IMG/VR virus record: IMGVR_UViG_2671180606_000002
Reading direction: 5' to 3' (one strand)
DNA from: a virus
Lineage: Duplodnaviria; Heunggongvirae; Uroviricota; Caudoviricetes
DNA length: 20,256 nt
In this document: piece after piece, positions 7,823-18,000 of the stretch
Numbering within the stretch: the first letter of the stretch is position 1
How the letters are laid out: each line of letters begins with the position of its first letter
Translations under genes and position numbers: made by a program
Notes under the pieces: generated by a model
What the model was told of the DNA's origin: nothing
What the model saw: only the letters and a program-made list of their open reading frames with translations
Database searches by the model: none

Positions 7823-8161
7823 ATGACACACAAGAGAATTCCTAAAGATTGGGTAATCAAACGCTCAACTCCGTTCTTCACAAAAGAGAACGTACCTTCA
7901 GCGTTATTAACACATCATAATACAGCAGCAGGTGTTTTTGGGCAGTTGTGCGTAATGGAAGGCACTGTAACATATTATGGTTTTACTGATGAGAATGCTA
8001 CTGAACCGGAGATAAAAGTAGTCATTAATGCTGGCGCTTTTGCAACAAGCCCACCACAATACTGGCACCGTGTTGAACTAAGCGATGATGCTCAGTTTAA
8101 TATTAACTTTTGGGTCGCTCCAGACTTCTCGGGCGAAAAAGTCTATAGCACCAAAAAATAG
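7823..8161 (+). CDS. YeaR-like protein (DUF1971, TehB N-terminal-like domain)
   Basis: 112-aa product from ATG at 7823 (GAGGGGGTGG Shine-Dalgarno); conserved blocks RSTPFF..P......H.T..G....L.V..G.V.Y.G..DE...EP.......AG.FA..PP..WH.......D..FNI.F.VAP align by eye to E. coli YeaR. Confidence 0.8.
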   Translation: MTHKRIPKDWVIKRSTPFFTKENVPSALLTHHNTAAGVFGQLCVMEGTVTYYGFTDENATEPEIKVVINAGAFATSPPQYWHRVELSDDAQFNINFWVAPDFSGEKVYSTKK

Positions 8162-8190
8162 ATGATCATATTAAAAATGCTTTAACAGTC

Positions 8191-8228
8191 AGACCCGGCA
8201 GGGCTATCCCCGACGGGTCTCATTTTTG
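8191..8228 (+). terminator. Rho-independent terminator after the yeaR-like gene
   Basis: AGACCCG...CGGGTCT hairpin (8191..8220) followed by CATTTTTG, 30 nt after the stop codon. Confidence 0.55.
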
Positions 8229-8923
8229 TAAATATATTGGTTCTACATTGACAGGAGACTTCAACCATAAGAAGTAATCTGAATACTTGAGCAATAAATT
8301 TACTTAAGATTAATGAGCGCACCTTGCCGGACAAAGATAAACCAAGGTAACACCTTTTTTCTAGCCAGTATGTAATCAATCAGAAAGCCGCTCCATAAGA
8401 ACAACAGCAAGACAATAAATTGCCATTACAGCCGCAATAGCCAGCGCACATTTGAGAACCAGCACGACAACCCCCTGTATTAGACGCACACCAGTCCTGA
8501 TAAATATGAGGCTGTCTCGTCAGTGATTCAATACAACTATTGGGTATAGTTTCTGTGATTTTATTCTGTAGAAATGGAACACAACAACCAGTCACCACCA
8601 GCACTTCTTTAAATACGCCAAGTCCGACGCAAGCTAACCTTCTAGTCCGCTTTGAGCGAAAAGCGGACAGGAACATTCTGGTTAATAGATATCAATGCTA
8701 ACAAAAAAGCTCCCGATGGAGATTTTGAAACCGCTTCCACATAATGAAATAAAAGGATTTATTTCTGGTCATGCCCACACATTGACCACGTCGAAGTAAG
8801 TAGCTCCGCTTCGCGGAGTTACTTAAGATAATTTCTATGTAGTTCCATGCTATGATTTAATTTTCAAGTTACAAAATCTAAATCTACAAATGTCCATTTG
8901 GGTGTAAAATTACACAATCCTAT

Positions 8924-11297
<2,374 letters not shown>

Positions 11298-11369
11298 AGG
11301 ATTAATCCAAAATAAAGACCTTGTTGACTAAACCCTCATGTACAAAATGCACACTTACTCAAAAGGATC

Positions 11370-11390
11370 TGGAGGCAATCTCGACCTCCA
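11370..11390. promoter_or_regulatory. Perfect inverted repeat TGGAGG-N9-CCTCCA in the divergent intergenic region between the deaminase gene and the TetR-like gene
   Basis: Exact 6-bp arms with 9-bp spacer; positioned like an operator in a divergent regulator/operon arrangement; function not established. Confidence 0.3.
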
Positions 11391-11550
11391 TGATTTAGTT
11401 CCTAGGGATAAGCAGAAATCTAGCACTGGATTAAAATTTAAAAATAATAATCAATAGGTTATAATGGTTTTTATTCGCATCCATGGGATCTGCTGCTGCC
11501 CGCATGATGTTGGATGCGACGGCGCTGGCACGACCTCACCCGGTGAAACG

Positions 11551-11996
11551 ATGAAACGCGAAAGGGTTGTTCTTCGGGAAGGTGCAGTTGGACTTTCAAT
11601 CGATGACGTTGCAAAAGAGGCTGGCGTCAGTAAGGCAACGGTAATGTACGATCATAAGTCAAAGCAAGATTTGCTCAGCGATCTCATCAGTCGCCTTATG
11701 CCAGTAGAGGAGGAACGTGTTCAGCAAGCGATAGCGGAAAGTAATAATACCCCCACATCCCGCACTCTATGGGCGAATTATTTCAGCCAGTAATGCTCTC
11801 AGTCATACTGAGAGAGCAGTAGTGCTGGCGGTCAGCGAATCGTTAACTAACGATACGAATATCAGGGACACCATGCGTTCCTGCACAAACAAAGATTTGG
11901 ATGAGATAAAAAGAGGACCAAAACCAGACGTTGCCGTCCTGGTATATTTGGCGTTATCTGGTATCTACTGCCAAGAATTTTTTGATTTTTACAAAT
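11551..11996 (+). pseudogene. TetR-family transcriptional regulator, disrupted by frameshift (N-terminal HTH 11551..11793; C-terminal remainder continues in +1 frame to about 11996)
   Basis: N-terminal frame has a TetR-type HTH (LSIDDVAKEAGVSKATVMYDHKSKQDLL) and stops after 80 aa; the next frame continues ALSHTERAVVLAVSESLTNDT...LVYLALSGIYCQEFFDFYK without its own start; TATAAT at 11460..11465 upstream. Confidence 0.55.
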
Positions 11997-12271
11997 GATC
12001 TCCTGGCGAGCGAGATAAAATTATCGAAGGCATTCGCTGTTTGTATGAATCATACCCTTACAAGTCTGAATAAATAATGTCTCCGGGAATGACATTTCAT
12101 GTGCGACTAATTCGCGATATTCCTATACGTAAAGGTCCGCTTTTGGCACAAAGTGGACAACCACGCTAGCTCTACCCTGTGCCACAAAATGTCAATTTGC
12201 ATCTGAACTAATGCACTTTAATCTCGTCACTTCAATAAATACCGAACATCCCCCTGATAAAACGACAATAT

Positions 12272-12649
12272 TCACTGCATAACTTCACTCTTCAGGCACT
12301 CGCGACAGATTATGTTCAGACGCCTGTCGTAACGGCGTATTTCTCCGTCTGGTAATGACCAGATAAGGTCAGGATCAACCACAACCGGTTTCTTCACCTT
12401 TGTCCTTGATAGTTTTTTGCGGGCGTTTTGCCAGTCTTTACGCGCCTGCTCAGACGGGAATAATCCGTAGCCTGAATTGTAAACATCACCACTGGCGACT
12501 AGTTCTCTGGCGAGAGTGCTTATGTAATACCTTGATGCACCGGTTTTAGCCTCCAGAGCCCGTAACGTCTCGCGACCGCTCAGAGGTACAAGTTCAACAA
12601 CCTGTCCTTTAATTTTTTCTCGCTCTTCTGGTGTAAATACTTTTGCCAT
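12272..12649 (-). CDS. Hypothetical phage protein (125 aa)
   Basis: ATG at 12649 with GGAGG 7 nt upstream (MAKVFTPEEREK...); six-frame ORF extends to a TTG at 12664; basic C-terminal part; no family recognised. Confidence 0.6.
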   Translation of the reverse strand: MAKVFTPEEREKIKGQVVELVPLSGRETLRALEAKTGASRYYISTLARELVASGDVYNSGYGLFPSEQARKDWQNARKKLSRTKVKKPVVVDPDLIWSLPDGEIRRYDRRLNIICRECLKSEVMQ

Positions 12650-12664
12650 AGGTGCCTCCGGCAA

Positions 12665-13426
12665 TCACTTTTCCGATGCAACATGGCGGGAAGAATCAGT
12701 AATCTGTCGTACAATATCCCTGTGCTTGTTCAACTCACGCAGCGCGGCGCAGACACGCTCCCACTTCTGGACATGATTTTTCGCCCGACGCAGTTCGCGG
12801 TTTGCCATATGCAGTGATGGTAAAACCAGGTCATCCGCTCGCGTTTCAGTAAACGATGGCAGCGACTGCACAATGTCCGCCACAGTTTCTGTTTTAATAT
12901 CTTCCTGTGTTGCAGCCTCCTGTACTGGTAACGCAACACCTGCGGTCTGAGGAAAGGCCTTACCATCAGTTTCCGCTACCGATGCTGCTTTCGGCTCTGC
13001 TGGTAAATTATCGCCCGGTATGCAGTAACGAAATTTACCGCCCTGATTTACGCGAATCAGACGACCTTTGCTGATTGCCATTGCCAGCGTTGAAGCCACT
13101 TTGCGTGATGTGGTACCAAACAATGTAGCCAGCTCATCAGCCGTTTGTGGTCCTCGTTGTTCAATCGTCGCGGTTAAATCGCACTCTGAGATTTTCGCTA
13201 CTGTTGCTGTGGTGATTTCTTCCGGCAGTTCTGCCTGCGCTGGCTGTTCCTGCTGAACATTGTTATCAGCCACACGCCAGGTGTACGCGCTTTTATCAAC
13301 AAAACCAGCCTTTTTCAGTTCCCATAGTTCGTTCAGCACTTCTTCACGACTGATATCAAGTCGCGCAGCAAGTTCTATGGATGTGGCTTTTCCCATTGCT
13401 TTCAGTGCGTCAAAAACAGTCTCCAT
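12665..13426 (-). CDS. Phage protein with N-terminal winged-helix-like domain (possibly the full-length counterpart of Rac pseudogene YdaW)
   Basis: Start chosen at ATG 13426 ([43 protein letters not shown]...) with GGGAGA upstream; the longer ORF to 13477 would overlap the DnaC-like gene by 29 nt; acidic/Ala-Thr-rich linker. Confidence 0.65.
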
Positions 13427-13448
13427 TAAATTTTTCTCCCGGTAAAAA

Positions 13449-14195
13449 TTACTTCGCAATTCCTGGCTGGACGACATTCGGACGCCAGCTCTCCCAGTTA
13501 AAATTCACCCATCGCCCGCCGTTCATGGTCATGCGATCCATAATCCGCTCGCCGAGCAATGTTTTCATGGCCTCATAGTTCAGGTTTGTCAGCATCCCCA
13601 CGCTGCGCATCGACGCTGTCCGGCGATCAACAATCTGGTGCAGTACCACCTGCTCGTTTTTCGTCTCGCGCTGAATGCCAATTTCATCAAGAACCAGCAG
13701 ATCCACTTCGCACAGTTCCCGCAAAAATTTTTCGCCTGACTGCCCATCGTCATAGCTGGCGTGCAGGGCACTCATAACATCAGCCACGGTAACCACAATC
13801 ACTGTCTGACCGTCTTTCAGCAGGCGATTCCCGATAGCTGCCGCTAAGTGGTTCTTCCCGGTACCAGGTTTTCCGCTGAACGCAAAATTTGTACACCCGG
13901 TCATCAGTTCATCAGCGATGGATTTCGCCTGACTCAACGCGTATCGCTGCCCTTCGTTCTGCACCTGGTAATTCGAAAACGAGCATTTGCGGTGCAATGG
14001 CTGGATGCCAGAGCGATTCAGAATTTTTTCCACCCGCAACTGACGATTCTGACGGTTGATCTCCTCACAACGTTTCTGGCCTTCGGAAAGTTGCCACTCG
14101 CGCCACTCCGCTACCGTCTTGAATGGCGCGGTTACATGTGACGGGGCCAGTCTGCGGATACGTTCAAGAACATCGCCTGTCGCAATATTTTTCAT
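13449..14195 (-). CDS. ydaV: DnaC/IstB-like AAA+ helicase-loader (replication protein, YdaV-like)
   Basis: 248-aa ORF with Walker [16 protein letters not shown] and Walker [10 protein letters not shown]; ATG at 14195; follows the initiator-like gene as in lambdoid O-P modules. Confidence 0.9.
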
Positions 14196-14201
14196 GGTCA
14201 G

Positions 14202-15059
14202 TTACCCCCTGAAGCCTGGCGGGATCGCACTATCCGGTAACGAGACGGTGTTAACCTGTCGGAGTAACGTCTCAGGTCGAACACCTTTCGGCGCGAACAA
14301 GCCCTGGTATTCATTGGCGATGCTGTGTCGAATCACCTGCTCAGGTGAAAAACCCTGCTGGCGGAATTTTTCCAGCTCCCGTATCGCCCCGTTAGCGCCC
14401 TGCTCCGTTCGAATCGGTTTTCGCAATGCCTGGCGAAATTCAACCCACTCACGCCAAAGCGAGACAGAAATCCAGTTCGGCAAAGTAATATCCAGAGGGT
14501 CAAACTTTTTGACACCTCGATTCCCCCGGGGGGGATTTAGGGGGGGATCTGTTTTTAGATCTTTATCTGTATCTTTATTAGTTGCCTTTGTGTTGACATC
14601 ATGTTCAAACACCACTTCAACATCTGTTTGAACACCTGTTAAATTTCTCTCTTGTTTTGTTTGAACATCTGCTTCCTTTCTGCTTCTTCTGGCCTGAACA
14701 GATGCTTTTCCTGCGGCTGATTTTTTGGTTAATTTTTCCCTGACTGATGCCAGATCTTCCTCAATCCGAAGATGCACCCATTCCTCGCCGTTATCGCAAA
14801 AAAACTCCTGCAAGGATGGTTCAACATCAGCCCATCGCTCGTTAGTCAGACGGGCAATTTTTGCCAGCCTGTTTTTAGGTATTGGCTTTCCTGTTTGCCA
14901 GTAATTGAACATCAGCAACAAATACGCACCATGCTCCTCTGCTGACAAATGCATGGTGTCAGCCAGGTAATCAGCTATGTACAGTTGCATGTATGGTAAT
15001 GCGGCCATAATTGCCCCGTATGATGCTGCCCGGTGGCTTAGAATAAGCACAAACAGCAT
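14202..15059 (-). CDS. ydaU: Phage replication initiation/organiser protein (YdaU-like, DUF1376)
   Basis: 285-aa ORF, same length as recalled Rac YdaU; N-terminal YLADTMHLSAEEHGAYLLLMFNYW block; central charged KDTDKDLK repeat region encoded by iteron-like DNA. Confidence 0.8.
   Translation of the reverse strand: MLFVLILSHRAASYGAIMAALPYMQLYIADYLADTMHLSAEEHGAYLLLMFNYWQTGKPIPKNRLAKIARLTNERWADVEPSLQEFFCDNGEEWVHLRIEEDLASVREKLTKKSAAGKASVQARRSRKEADVQTKQERNLTGVQTDVEVVFEHDVNTKATNKDTDKDLKTDPPLNPPRGNRGVKKFDPLDITLPNWISVSLWREWVEFRQALRKPIRTEQGANGAIRELEKFRQQGFSPEQVIRHSIANEYQGLFAPKGVRPETLLRQVNTVSLPDSAIPPGFRG
14595..14709. repeat. Cluster of four iteron-like elements (core TGTT[C/T][A/G]AACA / CATCTG) inside the ydaU-like gene; candidate replication origin
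   Basis: ACATCATGTTCAAACACC, AACATCTGTTTGAACACC, TGTTTGAACATCTGC and CTGAACAGATGC within about 115 bp, next to AT-rich sequence; analogous to the lambda ori iterons inside gene O. Confidence 0.4.
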
Positions 15060-15071
15060 GGAAACTTTTGC

Positions 15072-15377
15072 TTAATGAACAATGACAGAATCGTCGGAAG
15101 AACCGCCGCCGCTGAAATGCGCTTTCCGGTAAACGGCTTGGACTGCATCATCATGCGCATCAATTGCCGTACTTAACGCTTCCTGCGCCGCCAGTAATGC
15201 ACGGCGTTCCAGGGTATCGAAGATGCAGAGTCGGTGACGCAGCTCGCGCGGAAGGATTGCCAGAATTGCTGGGATCAGCTTCTGAATTTTTTCTCTTTGC
15301 GTTTTCGTTTCACCTTTCAACCAACGGTGATAGATATTCTGCTGATTGTTCCAGTCCTTGCCTGGAACCAGGGGCAA
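15072..15377 (-). pseudogene. YdaT-like C-terminal fragment lacking an ATG start (only TTG at 15377)
   Basis: 101-aa frame with no internal Met, predicted helical C-terminus; sits immediately upstream of ydaU-like where Rac has ydaT (recalled as 140 aa); the expected upstream Cro-like and repressor genes are absent. Confidence 0.4.
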
Positions 15378-15480
15378 TTCGCCGCCCCCCTGGCGCAGAT
15401 ATTCTTCAGTAATTGCATTGGCTACCCATGCCTGCCCTTTTTCGGCTGCTAGGGCACCCGGCGTTAAGGGGAGAGATAAG

Positions 15481-15615
15481 ATGGTGCATTACGAAGTAGT
15501 TCAGTATTTGATGGATTGTTGCGGTATCACTTACAACCAGGCTGTGCAGGCTTTACGCAGCAACGACTGGGATCTCTGGCAGGCAGAAGTCGCTATACGT
15601 AGCAACAAGATGTGA
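15481..15615 (+). CDS. ydaG: Small Rac-type early-left protein (YdaG-like, 44 aa)
   Basis: ATG at 15481 with AAGGGGAGAG Shine-Dalgarno; product MVHYEVVQYLMDCCGITYNQAVQALRSNDWDLWQAEVAIRSNKM; size and position match Rac ydaG. Confidence 0.6.
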   Translation: MVHYEVVQYLMDCCGITYNQAVQALRSNDWDLWQAEVAIRSNKM

Positions 15616-15625
15616 GATTCGCAAA

Positions 15626-15781
15626 ATGCAAAAAATCGACCTCGGCAACAACGAATCCCTGGTGTGCGGCGTGTTCCCCAACCAGGATGGAACGTTCACT
15701 GCCATGACGTATACCAAAAGCAAAACATTTAAAACCGAAACTGGTGCGCGCCGATGGTTGGAGAAGCACACAGTAAGCTAA
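15626..15781 (+). CDS. ydaF: Small Rac-type early-left protein (YdaF/YdfA-like, 51 aa)
   Basis: ATG at 15626, 51-aa product MQKIDLGNNESLVCGVFPNQDGTFTAMTYTKSKTF...; 3-prime end overlaps sieB stop convergently by 4 nt; size and position match Rac ydaF. Confidence 0.6.
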   Translation: MQKIDLGNNESLVCGVFPNQDGTFTAMTYTKSKTFKTETGARRWLEKHTVS

Positions 15782-16266
15782 CGATTAAAACGTCTACTCC
15801 TGCTGTTCCAGAATAACTTCATAAAATGGGAGTATTTTTCGGTGACGAGATAATAAGAACAGTTTGCGCTATCACTCTGATGTTGAATGATGCCCTTCCG
15901 TTCTAATTTTTTCATAACCGGGTTACGGCAAGGAGAAGTGATAATAAGATTTCCTGTTTTAAGGAAATCTTTAAATACAGCGATTTCTTTCTCAGATAAA
16001 CGAAGCAATACTCGTTGCTCTGGTAGTAATGAATAATGCTTTTGAATATGTGCTCGCAATCTTGAGAAGGAAATGGCGACCACGAAAGAAAAGGCAAAAA
16101 CGATAATCTGAAAGAGCCAAGGTATTTCAGTATAAGCATTGAATGCGACAGTAAACTCTTTCGGTATCAGCCAGAGAGTGAGACCAAAAATGATAATCGT
16201 ATACATAAGTCTTTCGAGTGGCTCGTTAGCAAAAAGTTTCAACAATGGAGTAAATACATCCAACAT
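15778..16266 (-). CDS. sieB: Superinfection exclusion protein B
   Basis: 162-aa membrane protein from ATG at 16266 (MLDVFTPLLKLFANEPLERLMYTIIIFGLTLWLIPKEF...); opposite orientation to neighbours as in Rac and lambda; the six-frame ORF has a 41-codon upstream extension lacking support. Confidence 0.85.
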   Translation of the reverse strand: MLDVFTPLLKLFANEPLERLMYTIIIFGLTLWLIPKEFTVAFNAYTEIPWLFQIIVFAFSFVVAISFSRLRAHIQKHYSLLPEQRVLLRLSEKEIAVFKDFLKTGNLIITSPCRNPVMKKLERKGIIQHQSDSANCSYYLVTEKYSHFMKLFWNSRSRRFNR

Positions 16267-16484
16267 ATCAATAACTCTCAACTGTAAGGGTATTGAAATG
16301 TTAACACAAGCTCTCGCTGTAGGGGTATAGCCGAGACCACCGAAGCCCGGAGGTGGTGAAATAAAACCGGGCACAACACGAAGGCGCATTTCCGATATCC
16401 ATAAAGAGTCGGTCTTGTCTGTTAAATTTAAATGGTGGGAGTGCGCCTCCGGTTGTAAATAACGACATTGCTGTGTGTAGTCCT

Positions 16485-16532
16485 GGCGGCATCAGTTTTT
16501 TTCTTGAAGTTCGGCTGATGTCCGCCCTTTTT
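16485..16532 (+). terminator. Intrinsic-terminator-like hairpin upstream of kilR (early-left operon, tL-like)
   Basis: GGCGGCATCAG ... CTGATGTCCGCC imperfect inverted repeat followed by CTTTTTAAAG on the plus strand. Confidence 0.4.
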
Positions 16533-16707
16533 AAAGTGAATTTTGTGATGCGGTGAATGCGGCTAAGCGCACGTGGCACAGTTAAAAGTCATGTTAGTCC
16601 TTATTGGTTTGGGTGGGAAAGCCGACTGTAATTGTTAACTGGTTGCAGTCACCTGGAGGCACCAGACACCGCATCAACAAAGTTCATTTGTAAAAATGGA
16701 GATAATT

Positions 16708-16929
16708 ATGATTGCACATCACTTCGGAACTGATGAAATACCACGTCAGTGTGTGACTCCTGGCGATTATGTTCTTCATGAAGGCCGGACATATATTGCC
16801 TCGGCAAACAATATTAAAAAGCGAAAACTATATATTCGTAACCTGACCACAAAAACATTCATTACTGACCGCATGATTAAAGTCTTCCTCGGTCGTGATG
16901 GTTTACCTGTAAAGGCGGAGTCATGGTGA
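16708..16929 (+). CDS. kilR: Cell-division inhibitor KilR (FtsZ inhibitor)
   Basis: 73-aa product [32 protein letters not shown]... from ATG at 16708 with GGAG upstream; matches Rac KilR in length and sequence as recalled. Confidence 0.85.
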
Positions 16930-17099
16930 TGACTAAGAAAATAAAATGTGCTTACCACCTTTGCAAAAAAGACGTTGAAGAAAGCAAAGCTATTGAAAGA
17001 ATGCTTCACTTCATGCACGGGATTTTATCAAAAGACGAACCGAGAAAATATTGCAGTGAAGCTTGTGCCGAAAAAGACCAGATGGCACATGAACTTTAA
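16929..17099 (+). CDS. ydaE: Rac prophage small Cys-rich protein YdaE
   Basis: 56-aa product [56 protein letters not shown]; ATG overlaps kilR stop (TGATG); not in the six-frame track because under 60 aa. Confidence 0.7.
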   Translation: MTKKIKCAYHLCKKDVEESKAIERMLHFMHGILSKDEPRKYCSEACAEKDQMAHEL

Positions 17100-17173
17100 T
17101 TAATTGACTATTCGAAACTGAATTTATGCCAGAAATGGCAGGTATTCGCTCAACCTTAATTAAGGAGAAAAAC

Positions 17174-17449
17174 ATGATTACCAATTATGAAGCCACTGTT
17201 GTAACTACCGATGACATTGTTCACGAGGTGAATCTGGAAGGAAAGCGCATTGGCTACGTAATTAAAACAGAAAATAAAGAAACCCCATTCACTGTGGTTG
17301 ATATCGATGGTCCATCAGGCAACGTAAAAACACTTGATGAAGGTGTCAAAAAAATGTGCCTGGTGCATATCGGAAAGAATCTGCCCGCAGAAAAAAAAGC
17401 CGAATTTCTGGCAACTCTAATTGCAATGAAATTAAAAGGTGAAATCTGA
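17174..17449 (+). CDS. racC: Rac prophage protein RacC
   Basis: 91-aa product from ATG at 17174 with AAGGAG Shine-Dalgarno (MITNYEATVVTTDDIVHEVNLEGKR...). Confidence 0.8.
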   Translation: MITNYEATVVTTDDIVHEVNLEGKRIGYVIKTENKETPFTVVDIDGPSGNVKTLDEGVKKMCLVHIGKNLPAEKKAEFLATLIAMKLKGEI

Positions 17450-17550
17450 AAGAAATAGCCTGCGTATGGCGCAGGCTATGAACAGTGTGTATCCGGCAAG
17501 ATCATTCACTGAACAAAACGAATTTTAATCTGAGTTGAGGTTAAAAAACA

Positions 17551-18000
17551 ATGAGCACAAAACCACTCTTCCTGTTACGGAAAGCGAAAAAATCATCCGG
17601 TGAACCTGACGTCGTCCTGTGGGCAAGCAACGATTTTGAATCGACCTGTGCCACTCTGGACTACCTGATCGTTAAGTCAGGTAAAAAACTGAGCAGCTAT
17701 TTTAAAGCTGTTGCCACGAATTTTCCTGTCGTTAATGACCTGCCCGCTGAAGGTGAGATCGATTTTACCTGGAGTGAACGCTATCAACTCAGCAAAGACT
17801 CCATGACATGGGAACTAAAACCGGGAGCAGCACCAGACAACGCTCACTATCAAGGCAATACCAACGTCAACGGCGAAGACATGACTGAGATTGAGGAGAA
17901 TATGCTACTCCCAATTTCTGGCCAGGAACTGCCCATTCGTTGGCTTGCTCAACACGGCAGCGAAAAACCGGTACCCACGTCTATGCTGTCGCAAGACTGA
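17551..18000 (+). pseudogene. recE: recE (exonuclease VIII) N-terminal remnant, about 141 native codons then out-of-frame tail
   Basis: Translation begins [46 protein letters not shown], the RecE N-terminus as recalled, and ends after [10 protein letters not shown]; RecE should be over 800 aa. Confidence 0.85.

Noticed and set aside
8182-8676. ORFs 8182..8379 and 8380..8676 (-), contiguous in one frame and separated by a stop
   Set aside because: Cys-rich, low-complexity translation with odd codon usage and no ribosome-binding site; treated as non-coding or a decayed remnant.
8229-8923. tRNA or CRISPR array in the gene-free gap
   Set aside because: No GTTCGA-type T-arm with matching acceptor stem found by eye, and no regularly spaced direct repeats; a covariance-model scan would be decisive.
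11464-11550. Upstream extension of the TetR-like ORF to the ATG at 11464
   Set aside because: The extension (MVFIRIHGICCCPHDVGCDG...) is Cys-rich and unlike a TetR N-terminus, and the ATG overlaps the TATAAT box; the start at 11551 is preferred.
12730-14631. ORFs 12730..12966 (-), 13068..13256 (+), 13260..13445 (+), 13381..13578 (+), 13559..13777 (+), 13589..13771 (-), 13848..14141 (+), 14056..14631 (+), 14333..14515 (-)
   Set aside because: All are alternative-frame or antisense ORFs inside the wHTH, DnaC-like and YdaU-like genes, typical of GC-richer coding DNA.
15164-15771. ORFs 15164..15412 (+), 15234..15452 (+) and 15553..15771 (-) as candidate repressor or Cro genes
   Set aside because: None has a helix-turn-helix or a ribosome-binding site; the first two are antisense to the YdaT-like frame and the third is antisense to the ydaG/ydaF-like genes.
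15912-17018. ORFs 15912..16139 (-), 16139..16330 (+), 16301..16579 (-), 16776..17018 (-)
   Set aside because: Inside or antisense to sieB, kilR and ydaE, or spanning the structured kilR leader; no coding signal.
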